Shown: positions 1-10,195 of the stretch, one piece after another
How the letters are laid out: each line of letters begins with the position of its first letter
Position numbering within the stretch: position 1 is the stretch's first letter
From: Lama guanicoe
Lineage: Eukaryota
Reading direction: 5' to 3'
Assembly: GCA_013239625.1 (NCBI GenBank)
Contig: MU054391.1
Location: 7,411,095 to 7,475,094 of the forward strand
Length of the DNA: 64,000 nucleotides
Notes under the pieces: model-generated
The model's input: only the letters and a program-made list of their open reading frames with translations
Databases searched by the model: none
What the model was told of the DNA's origin: nothing
Position numbers and translations under genes: made by a program

Positions 1-1134
1 ATGCTTCCCAGTGGCTTGATTTGTAAAAAGCGCTCGCAAGGAAGAAAATGTGAAGTTGCTGAAAAGTTCTGCTCCAGGAGCTGCAGGCAGTTTCTTTCCA
101 GGCCTGAGGCTGCACAGGAACACAGATTAGCATCAGTGGCCACTGCAGATGTGCGGCTCTTCAGTGCACCATTTGCCTGACTCTTATTCCTCCAAGGCCG
201 GGTTGGGGGACTCATCAACTAGATCCTTTGGTCCTGTTGTAAAGAGCCCGAGGTCGGGAATCTGAGGTCCAGGTTCAATTTGCCTTGTCCACGCTGAGCA
301 GGCTACTGAAGTACCCAAGGCCAGCACTGGGACTCAGGTCTCTTTGGCCCCAGCCTGGGGTCAGGTTCCCCAGGCCCTTTGCCTTTCTTCCCAGCAGGAT
401 CACAGATTTTTTGGATCAGCTCGTCATCACTTGGCGGGATTATTCCCAGGGCAATCCCTTCTGTTCCTGGCTTTCTCCCTTCACGATTATTTATCCAGTA
501 CCCATTGGGTGGCAGCACTGTGCACTCCTAATGGTGGTCCACGCTGTGAGTTTCGATCTGGTCTGCTGTGTTCCACTTAAATCTGCCAAATCCCTTGAAT
601 CAAACTCTTCAGTGATTTCTTGACCTAAAAATTAAAACCTAAGTTCCTCGGTAGGACAAGGTCTATAGGCCCTTGACCCTGTGGCTGCTGAGGGGAATGT
701 GGGTGAGGACAGGGCTGGGGGATGAGGCTGGAGTAAGGCCGACCAGGGCAGATGACGGAGGACCACATGCGCCTCATTAAGGAACATGGACTTGTGAGCA
801 AATAAGCATCTGGATGAGAAGAGTCGGACCAGTCATCTCTCAATGCCACATCCACTCTACGTTCTGCCGTTTGCTCCATGTCATAAGCCTAGTGTCCCTC
901 TTCTCAGCACCACTGCCTTGGCTGCATTATTATAAAATTCCTGCTTTTCACAAGCATCAGTTGAGTTGCTCTATCCCCAGAACTGTCATGGGTTGGAAAA
1001 CACCAAAGGGATGTATGACACGGCTCTTATCTTCTAGAATTGGACAACCGGAGAGGTTACAAGAGCTGCCACTGTTGCTTTTCAGAGTTATTTATTCAGC
1101 ACATGCTGATTGGTTGCTGTAGGTTATAATCATG

Positions 1135-1335
1135 TGGCCATGGATTTTGAAATCAGACAGCAGGGATTCAGATCCTGACTATGTGACTAACCGTGTGACA
1201 TTAGACAAGTCCCTTAAAGCCCCATGTTCTCATTTATAACACGGGCACAGTAATTATGCCCCAGCATTGTGAGAATTAGAAGAGGCAATGGCCTTGAAGT
1301 GCACAGGGAGTGCGAGACCCACGTAGCACTCGGGA
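1135..1335 (+). mobile_element. MIR SINE
   Basis: MIR-like head/core/tail: aaatcagacag..gattcagatcctgac..gtgtgacattagacaagtcccttaa..ttctcatttataa..ttgtgagaattagaagag. Confidence 0.75.
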
Positions 1336-1419
1336 GGGGTCGTCAGGCAATATTCTGTTAGGGTGTGTGGCGCGGGAGACATGCCAGCATGCCAGGTAGA
1401 CGAGCTTCGCAGCATCAAG

Positions 1420-1850
1420 GGCTGACAAATGATAAACAAGGGACTAAGTGGAGTGATGACTATGGAAATTCACACTGCAGGAGAAAGGCACACGCTCTGA
1501 CGGACAGGGCACGTTCTACTTTCGAAAGATCGTCTGAGGGAGGGCTTTCTGGAAAGGTGACGTTTAACCTTAGACTATGAAGAGAGTCAGCATTGGAAGC
1601 ACCAGAGAGAGAGAGACTGGCTCAGCAAGCAGGAAAGCCTTTGCAGTGGTGCAGAGCGTGGCATGTTCTAGAAACTAATAGCAGGCCAGTGTGCTTGGGG
1701 AGCAGAGCGGTGGGGTGGCAGGCGGTGAAGCTGCAGGGGATGCAGGGACCAGTTGTGCTGCACCTTGCTGGCCCTAGTCAGGAGTTTAGACGTCACTCCA
1801 AGTGTAAGGGACAAATCAGCCAAGTGACACGATGCGGTTTTCATGGCTTT
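1420..1850 (-). mobile_element. L2 LINE fragment
   Basis: Antisense L2 motifs: ggaaaggtgacgtttaacc, gcaggccagtgtgcttggggagcagag, aggagtttagac..aagtgtaagggg. Confidence 0.7.
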
Positions 1851-2774
1851 GCCTAATCCATACAAAATGGTTGAGCTGATGTCTTCCAGGCTCTCTGAAC
1901 CAAGTAGTGGATGTGCGGGTTCAAAAGGCAGAGAACAAAAACGACAAGCCCAGGCAGAAAACTGGGATGCCCTCTTCTCCACTTGTAGGGGTAGCATAGG
2001 GAAATAGGGACCTTGCAGTCAGGGGCACCTGACAACACAGTCCGGGTGCTGAAGGGCGGACACACATCCGTGGTTGTTTGCACTCATCAGGGCTCGGATT
2101 ATTGCTAAGCGCAGGCACTGGGAGCACTCAGTCTGCTACTTAGTATGCCAGGCCCTGTGCTGGGCCAAGGACACAGAGGCAAATCAGACACCCAGGGCCA
2201 CCCACGTCTGCGGAGCTCTGTCCTCTGCTGCCGGTGGCTGACCAGGGCAGATGCCTACTGTCTGGGTGGGACGGGCAGGAATGGCAGGGGGCGCCGAGAG
2301 AGCTCGTGCTGGCACGGAGAGGGGAGAATTCTGCTCTCCAGAAGCACAGGAAAGGGGTAACAAAGGGGTAATGAAGGAAGGTCACATCCTCTGGCCGTCT
2401 CTCCCCTGCATTGATCGCACCCGACCGATCTGCCGTCTCTTCCATTTCCTCCGCGTCTAGTTTTCCCCGCAGGTGAGAAAGGGCTGATATGAAACACTGA
2501 CCCATGTTACAAAGGAAGCTGGGCTCTGAGAGCGTCCTGTGTTCTCCCACTGAAACGGAATATTTCCGTCTGAGGTGAGGCTCCTGGGGGAAGATCTGAG
2601 CTCAAAGACCCCAATTTTTTTATGTTTCAGAATTTTTGACCTACAATTCGTAATCATGAGAGGAGAGGACTATGGGAGTTATAAGACGTGAACACGACCT
2701 ACAGACACTGCTTTCACATTCACTTAGCACACTTCATCAGGCATGTATTTATTAACCCCATTTATCACATGTAC

Positions 2775-2910
2775 ATCCATTAATTCAGACAACATTTATT
2801 GAACTCTTGTGTGGCAGGCATTGTGTTGAATTCTGAGATTCCACATGAATCAGGCACCGTCCCCATCCTTAAGGACCTCACAGCTCCAGGGAGAACCAGA
2901 TAATAAACAC
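2775..2910 (-). mobile_element. L2 3' end
   Basis: attcagacaacatttattgaac..gcaggcattgtgttg..ccatccttaaggacctcacag matches an antisense L2 terminus. Confidence 0.7.
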
Positions 2911-2949
2911 GCCCCATTGGAGAGGAAGCTGGCGTGTTCTGCATGACTG

Positions 2950-3340
2950 TAAAGGGTAAAACTGACACCAGTGGAGGCAGGTTTCTAGTAGATAGATTTC
3001 AGCTCAATTTTTTTTTCCAACTGAAGTATAATTTGTTTTCAACGTTTTGTTAATTTCTAGTAGACAGCATAGTGATTCATTTATACATATATATATTCCT
3101 TTTCATACTCTTTTTCATTATAGACTATCACAAGGTATTGAATATAGTTCCCTGTGCTGTACAGTAGGTCCTGGTTGTTATCTATAGTAGTTAGTATCTG
3201 CAAATCCTGAACTCCCAGTTTGTCCCTCCACCTCCCCCTTTCGCCCTGGTAACCGTAAGTTTGTTTTCTATGTATTTTGTGTCAGTATTAAGAACAACTT
3301 TCCAATTGTTGAGCTTGTCAATAGCAGGTAGGGTTTCCTG
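2950..3340 (+). mobile_element. L3/CR1 fragment interrupted by L1
   Basis: agatttcagctcaat (2994-3008) resumes as tcagtattaagaacaactttccaattgttgagcttgtc (3282-), like the recalled L3 motif agatttcagctcaatataaggaagaactttctaa. Confidence 0.5.
3008..3281 (-). mobile_element. 5'-truncated L1 3' end (cetartiodactyl type)
   Basis: polyT, then gaagtata..cagcatagtgattca..attgaatatagttccctgtgctgtacagtaggtcc..ggtaaccgtaagtttgttttctatgt; homologous to other copies in the window. Confidence 0.9.
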
Positions 3341-3349
3341 CCCCAGACA

Positions 3350-3364
3350 GGCGCCCCCTGCAGG
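3350..3364 (-). promoter_or_regulatory. Candidate CTCF site
   Basis: Minus strand reads CCTGCAGGGGGCGCC, close to CTCF core CCASYAGRKGGCRS, with the CpG retained. Confidence 0.5.
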
Positions 3365-5381
3365 AAGGCAAGTACGAGGCACATGCCAGTTAGTGGTGTG
3401 GCTGGCCTTTTTGGAGGACACTGTTGGAGGGACCAAGCAGCAGCATCTTAAAGGGGGACAGTCGTGCTGGGCTTGGAGTCCTGCAGTCCTCCACCAGCTG
3501 CTACACCAGAGAAGGTTCCCCTTCAAGCCAGCCAAGCCTTGGTTTAGGTAAGAGAGAAATTCCTTGAAGTTCAGAAGACGGGGTTGGGTTTCAATGACAA
3601 GTGAGCAGGAACCTTCATTCCTGCCTAGGGATTTGCTGGGCACCTTTGCCCAGGAAGACCTTCACTTGCGGGTCCTGTGCACTCACTGGTATGTGAAATC
3701 CTTTTAAGATCTGATAAAGCGTCAACCCAGCTCGAAGCCACAGGACTCATAAATAGCACCCGAACAGGAGAATGTGATGAGCACAGAGCACAGATCCGCC
3801 CAGTTAAGGTCTCTGTGTTAAACCTTCAGTGGCTCCTTAATGTACCTTTGGGCTAAAACCTGGGCCCTGGTTATCAGTCCAAAGGTTTCTCATGATCAGC
3901 TCCTACTTTCCTCCCCTCCCCATACCTCCTGCTCCCACCCCTCCCTTACATCCTCCTCCTCCATAAGGAAGTGCTACCTCGAATCCAACCCCATTCCTTC
4001 CGCGGATCAGGGAGCCCCCCTGGGCCGGGCAGCAAGTTCCCCCAGGGTGCCTAGAACAGCGACTAACAAACTAGGGATCAAAACTGTTGTCCTGCTGAAG
4101 CTTAGGACGGGTACAAAGGCAGATCTTACCCTGTCACTTAGCCATGGGCAGGGCTGCGACTGGAATGCGTTTCTCTGAAGTAGTCATTTTTGTTCTTTCA
4201 CTGCTGAGGATCACACTGTCTGTTAAAATCAGAAATGACCCAGATTCCTTCTTAATGGACTCAGGGCTGTTGGGTAGCGCTTGGCCTTTTCTCTAATGGG
4301 GAAAATAACCATTGCCATTCACCGCGGTGGCCGTGCTGAGAGCGGTGTGCGTCTGTGCCATCCCATAATAGCCACGTCACTCACGAGCTCCTTGGGAAAA
4401 GGGTTTCCAGGATCCAAGACCCGGAGGCAGGGTGTGTGGAGGCTAGACTTCAGGAGGACTCTACCCTGGAGTGGACAGGGCAGTAGTTTTCTATTTTTTT
4501 TGGCTGTAAATAAGCGATGAGGTCACATCCTAATTGATGTATTGGCCGCACATCTGGGTATATTAAGATTTTGTCCTTAGGACTGTGAAGAGAAGAGAGT
4601 ATTTTACAAAATCTTGTGTTGAGTGGATATAGAGGATGCTTCAGAAGGGCTTGAGAGACCCCATCACTTACAGACAAGCTCCAAACAGGATTTGGTTTAA
4701 GCTGCTTAGTAGCGGTGCGTTTGAGGGCAATGCCTCTGCTTTGTGACCCGTAGGGCGGATGTAGGGCAACTTGTACATGGGTGGTGGTGAGGCAGCAGTG
4801 GTATGGTCTGTGAGATGGTCCTGGGATGGCCCGCAGGATGCCCAGCACGGGCGGGGTCACAGGCAGCACTTGGCGTGCTGCCACCCTTCTCCTCCCTGCC
4901 CCCTTCCACTCTGCCAAGCAGGTCTGAAAGAAAGCGGATTGAAACTCTGGGTGTAGAAGGGATTCTTCTGTATTGAAGGTTAGGTGAGGATCCTTCTTGA
5001 TAATTTCAGCTCTTTATCAGCATGTGAGAAGTCATTCCACTATCAGTAACTGCTCACTTCTGTGTGTGTGCCACAGTTTCAAAGGTGCTTTCTCAGTTCT
5101 CAATGGATTTATCCTCTATGGCAACTCTGAGCAAAATGGATGGTGGGGGGTGGGGGAGGCTCACGAGGATGAAGTGACTTTCTGAAAGTGACAAAGGGAG
5201 GTGGCACCGACTGTGGAAAGACCCGTGGCAGCCACTAGTGTTGGATCAGGGGGTCCCTTGTTAGAATTGTTGGCCGTCAGTGCTTATCTGGGCATTTTCG
5301 GAAACCCACAGATCCTCCCCATCTCCTTTCATCATCTGTAAAACTGCTGTGCTGTGAGGACTGGAAAACAACATCAATTCA

Positions 5382-5905
5382 TTTCTTTTTTAATTGAAGT
5401 ACAATTGATTTACAATGTTGTGTTAGTTTCAGGTGTACAACACAGTGATTCAGTTATATATATATATGCTTTTTCATTATAGGTTATTACAAAATATTGA
5501 ATGTAGTCCCTGTGCTCTACAGTAGGAACTTGTTTATCTATTTTATATACAATAGTTTGTACCTGGAGAGGTACAAACTCCTAATTTATTCCCACCCCTC
5601 TTCCCTTTCCCCTGTGGTAACTATAAGTTTGTTTTCTATGTTTTTGAGTCCTAATTTATTCCCACCCCTCTTCCCTTTCCCCTGTGGTAACTATAAGTTT
5701 GTTTTCTATGTTTTTGAGTCTCTTTTGGTTTGTAAACAAGTTCATTTGTATCATTTTTTAAGATTCCACATATAAACGAATCATACGATATTTGTCTTTC
5801 TCTCTCTGACTTACTTCATTTAGTATGATAATCTTTAAGTCCGTCCATGTTGCTGAAAATGGCATTATTTCATTCTTTTTTATGGCAGAGTAATAGTATT
5901 CCATT
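5382..5905 (-). mobile_element. 5'-truncated L1 3' end with internal 70-bp duplication
   Basis: tttttaattgaagtacaattgatttacaatgttgtgttagtttcagg..gattccacatataa..gttgctgaaaatggcattatttcattctttt; antisense ORF fragment YYSAIKKNEIMPFSATWTDLKIIILNEVSQ matches the L1 ORF2 C-terminus. Confidence 0.93.
5581..5720. repeat. Perfect 70-bp tandem duplication (2 copies)
   Basis: 5581-5650 is identical to 5651-5720. Confidence 0.97.
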
Positions 5906-6200
5906 TCTAACCCCATTGGGTTCCAGAGGAATTTAAGCTGTTGACTAATGGAATCATGCACACATATAAAGCATCAGTACACAGTACATAGTGGTACTCA
6001 GTAAATGATGACTGTTTCTACTTTTAGCTTCATTGAGCCCCAAGAATTTCAAACCCTTTGCTTTACATGCGAGCTCTGCTCAGTAAAGGGTTATGCTCTT
6101 CTTTACAGAAAAGAAAGGTTGTGACTTAGCATCCTCTAGCTACCAAGTAACAGCTGTGATTTGTACAAAGGACTTTTCCTTCACATTCAAAAGTTGCTCA

Positions 6201-6332
6201 GGGCGGAAGGGTATAGCTCAGTGGTAGAGCACATGCTTAGCATGCACAAGATCCTGGGTTCAATCCTCAGTACCTGTATTAAATAAATAAAACTAATTAC
6301 CACCTCCCCTAAAAAAACTTAAAAAAAAAAAA
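6201..6332 (+). mobile_element. tRNA-Ala-derived SINE (camelid Vic-1-like)
   Basis: gggtatagctcagtggtagagcacatgcttagcatgcacaagatcctgggttcaatcc (A box, AGC anticodon arm, B box), AT-rich tail and polyA; degenerate TSD aaagttgctca (6190-6200) / aaagtttctta (6335-6345). Confidence 0.88.
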
Positions 6333-6387
6333 CCAAAGTTTCTTATTAGTAAAAATGTAATGTGGGATGGAGAAAGAGTTTTGAAAA

Positions 6388-6500
6388 TATCTAATCCAAC
6401 TCCCCTGATACCAGTAGGGAAACTGAGTCCCAGGAAAGGGACCTGTGTGAAGTCACATGGTGTGTCACCCTAGGGCAGAGGTTAGAACCAAGGCATTGAG
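6388..6500 (-). mobile_element. MIR fragment
   Basis: atctaatccaactcccc..gggaaactgagtcccaggaaaggg..aagtcacatgg. Confidence 0.65.
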
Positions 6501-7205
6501 ACTTTTTCCCACTGCTGCCCCTCTGTGTTGCCTGAAGTTATTTATTCTCCTTCTGGGTCACTGTTGAAGTCCTATCCAAACCCTAAAAGTCATGGTTATT
6601 AAATACGTAAGCAGCATGTTCCAGTGGACATGCATGTCCTATATTAATAGCAGTGAGTTATTTACTGTATTTGGTGAGTAGAACCGAAGGATGCTGCAAG
6701 TTACCTCTGGGGCAGGAAGAGCAAAAGCTCCAATACTTACTGAAGCTTTTCACAAGATCCATGTTTGTCTGGCTGCTGTGTTAGTAAATATCAGAAGTAA
6801 AAGTGTCAGAAAAATGTCATATAAAACGTTTCGTAGCCCCCCTCATTCGGGGATGGTTGATGTGAGTTTTCTGGGTGGGTCCAAGGATGCAGGGGAGCGA
6901 TCCAGGGTGTCTCTTCAGACGGAGGGACTGCAGGGGTTCAGTGATGTGGATTGCTGCCTAGATTTGCTTCGTTTCAACAGAGACTAAGTGGCGTTTGGAT
7001 CCACACCAAACTCTCAGCTCACTGAGAGTGAGGAACCTGTTAAAGTCAACCCTTTAGGTTCGTCCTAATGTTTTTCAAATACGCTTTTCAAATAATGTGA
7101 TTGATTTGGCCCTTTGACCTTTGCTAATGTTATGGAGACAATTTCAGAAGGATGGGGACTACCTGGTGGCCATTTCCTCTGGTGACATAAGAAGGTCTGA
7201 CTCTA

Positions 7206-7380
7206 AAGCACTACTTAACCCTGGCTGCATCTTATAATTACCTGGAAAGCTTAAACAAAAACAACGGTGACTGAACCTTACAGAAAATATGCACATATAA
7301 TTGGTTGGGGTAGGAGCTAGCCGACACTTTCTTGCAAGCTCCCAGGTGTTTATAATGTGTATCTAGCATTGAGAACCATG
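7206..7380. mobile_element. MER5-type hAT-Charlie DNA transposon
   Basis: cttaaccctggctgcatcttataattacctgg..aagctcccaggtgtttataatgtg..ttgagaacca. Confidence 0.75.
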
Positions 7381-7529
7381 CTTAATGACAAGTGAAGAAT
7401 AAGCCAGATGCTCGGCAAAGAGGTGCCATGGAGGAGATCCTGTTCATAAGAAGTTAGTATCCTTTCATCCCTTGGCTAGAATAGGAAATTGAATAATTGT
7501 CTGACCAGGGTCATGACACGCACTTTTCC

Positions 7530-7980
7530 AACTGGCTAAAACCAAGGTCTTGGCATGGCATTCAAAGCCCTTCACAGCTGGTTAGCACCTGTATTGTTAG
7601 CCTCACCTCCCACCAGTCACCTCCTACTCTTGTGATTCAATTACATGGGACTACTCAAGGCACCCAAACATGACCCGTCTTTTCCCTCATCTGTACTTCC
7701 TAAGACTGTGTCTGCCCAGCTTGGCATGGCGAGCACTTACTCACCCTCTGAAGCCCATGTCAGTAATTCTCTGCTCCTGGACCTTCTCAACCTCTCCAGG
7801 CCAGTGGTCAACCCTTCTCTGAGTGTTTGTGGTAACTGGTTTATGCCTCTGGGAGAGACATCAAGTCTACACCCCCGTTGCAGGCTGTATAGTCCTTGAT
7901 TCAGTATTTCAGTCACCTCTGTCCTGAGCCTTTCACAGAGCAGGTGCTTAATAGATGTACGTCAAATCAATGAATGGATG
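7530..7980 (+). mobile_element. L2 3' portion
   Basis: tggcatggcattcaaagcccttcac.. ending cagagcaggtgcttaatagatg..tcaatgaatggatg. Confidence 0.7.
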
Positions 7981-8289
7981 CAAGCAACATGGCTCTCATT
8001 TAGAACCAGGAATTGAGATTAAGTTAACTTTTTCTAATCCATAATCACATGTGTTATGAGCCACTCAGTCCCTAAGTGTCTCCTTTCACAGAAGGAGAAG
8101 CTGAGCTTCTGAGAGGAAACATGGTACTTCAAGGACATCTTGATGATATTAGAAAAAAGAACTAATGGAAGTTTGACTAGCTCTCAATCTAGTTTTCTTT
8201 CTTCTGCAGTGACGCTCCTGACCACCACCTGTCCACAGTGAGCTTTGTGTTCAGGGCATGGGGCTGCTGCCAGTAACCCAGGAGTTCAA

Positions 8290-8590
8290 TTCTGTCCTCT
8301 CCCAGGGCTTCAACTTTCACCCATATACTTTCATGTCCTGCCATCCAAAGTCTAGCCCAGTTTTTGCTCACATAGTCAACTACCCACTGGACACCTCCAC
8401 GTGCATGTTTTATAGAGGTCTCAAATGCTAAAACGGAACTCAGCTCTTCCTTAAATTCTCCCTGTTCCGTATCAGGAAATGAGGCAGAAACACAGAAGTC
8501 ATTCTATTTCTTTCTTTTTCCTCACCAGCCACATTTAATTGCTCACCAGGTCCTGCCGATGTCACTTCAGAGACATCTTTTCCCAATTCT
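8290..8590 (+). mobile_element. L2 fragment
   Basis: caactacccactggacacctccacgtgcatg..tctcaaa..aaacggaactc..caccaggtcctgccgat. Confidence 0.65.
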
Positions 8591-9329
8591 GGACCTAGTT
8601 TCTTCATCTGGTCTTTTAGAGCCTTCCATTTGAGGCTACTTGTTATTTTTCAAAAAAGAAACTCTCCAAACGTTAAAAAAAAAAAGGGTGCCTCTTCTCT
8701 GGATTCACAGATGATTTGAAAAATGATAATTACCTCTTCCATCCTCAGTTATGATTCTATTTTGAAATCCTCTTCCTCTAATTAAAAAAAAAATCACCAA
8801 CTTCTCTTGCTTATTTGAGCCTGAGTCATTTGTGCAGTGAAATCAGCAAAGCTGCACAAATAACTGTGTGATGCAGGAATCTTGCTCCCCTGCCTCCCTC
8901 TTGGGCTCGGGCAGCCCTACCAGATGCACACATCAGCTCTCCTGCCGGGCTTTCCAGATCACCCACGGCAAACAAAGTGCAGTGCATTTTTGGATAATTT
9001 CCTCCAAAAATTTTCTTTTAAATGCTTAGGACAGCCTCTGGCACGTATATGAATTCAATCAATATTATCTATTATTATTTTTCCCTCCCAGCATAAATTC
9101 TTTAGGGATTTAAAAATATGCATGATTCCTGCTGGTGACATGACTAATCCCCTGAGGTGATGACTGGTCTCCAATTCTCACTCTAGTGCGTGTACAGATA
9201 TGTCTGTCACTTTATCTTTTTCAATTCTATTAGTCATCAAAGACTCATCAGAGTTAGATCTGGAAAACCCGCCGCAATCACCAAGCATGACCCCTTAATT
9301 TCCACACAGGTGAACTGAGGTCACACAAC

Positions 9330-10195
9330 TCATCAACATCAGTTTAGTGGGCACTGAGTTTTAAGAAATACAACAACACACATTAAATCTAGACTTCTCC
9401 TTGGAAGAGGTCACCGCCGACTGTAACATGTGGGGTCAGTGAAGTAGCAGTTACTTGGGAAGCATCTAAGTGCATTCTGAGTTGCCAACTAAAGAATTGG
9501 TCTTGTTAGGCAATTAGTTAAGGAAAAGGGCAGTTCAGGGAAAGGAAAGCCCTGTGCAAAGGCACAAGAGGGTCACGGGGTCCGATGTATCCCTGGAGTG
9601 TAGACAGTGGTAGTGAGGTGAGAGTGGGAAATGCTAAGAGGTTAGGCTGGAGTGAGAAGGTGAAGGAACTTTAACGTCATGCTAAAGACTTTGGACTCGG
9701 TCTTGAACTAATGGGGCGGCATCGGTAACGTTTCAGCAGAGGATGATCCCTCACCTTGTGTCTCAGTGGAGCGACCATGTTGACTCACCTCCTCCCACAA
9801 CCTTACCTTCTGAGTGTTGTCATCCGAGAGTCCTTTTGATTCTTGCTTCCTCACCTTCTTTCATTCAAATCATCCCAGGTTCATTCATCACACCTCCTAA
9901 GGCTACCTCATATCTTTCTCCTCTCAGTCACCATTGCACTTGCAGAGAGCTGCACTTGCAATGAGTTAGGCGGCTTTGCAGTGGACCAGGTGGGAGATGA
10001 TACCATCTGGACTAAGGAAAATAGAGGTGTTTGGGAGGGATGGATTCCAAATACATCCTGTAGGTAGACAAGATATAGTACCAGTAGCATGTGAAGGGGG
10101 AAGAGGAGGGAGTCCAGCTGATGCTCAGTTTCTAGCCTGAGCCACCAGTGATGATCCTTCTATAAGCTGAGCTCTTGAAGATGGGAGGAGTGGGT
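9330..10195 (-). mobile_element. L2 fragment containing an oppositely oriented L2 piece
   Basis: gaaagccctgtgcaaaggcacaagagg..catgctaaagactttggact..agttaggcggctttgcagtggaccaggtgggagatgat..ctcagtttctagcctgagc. Confidence 0.7.
9800..9942 (+). mobile_element. L2 fragment, sense orientation
   Basis: gagtccttttgattcttgcttcctcacc..cacctcctaaggctacctcatatctttctcctctc resembles sense L2. Confidence 0.5.

Larger units (their letters stand above)
5290..6015 (+). mobile_element. MIR split by an L1 insertion
   Basis: MIR core (tcatcatctgtaaaa..gctgtgaggact) before 5380 and MIR tail (atataaagcatcagtacacagtacatagtggtactcagtaaatg) after 5955. Confidence 0.6.

Noticed and set aside
5758..5961. ORF with convincing protein-like text (YYSAIKKNEIMPF..)
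   Set aside because: L1 ORF2 C-terminal remnant in a truncated copy, not a host gene.
6205..6280. Apparent tRNA-Ala(AGC) gene
   Set aside because: Followed by a SINE tail and polyA with TSD, and the stems carry mismatches; it is a SINE head.
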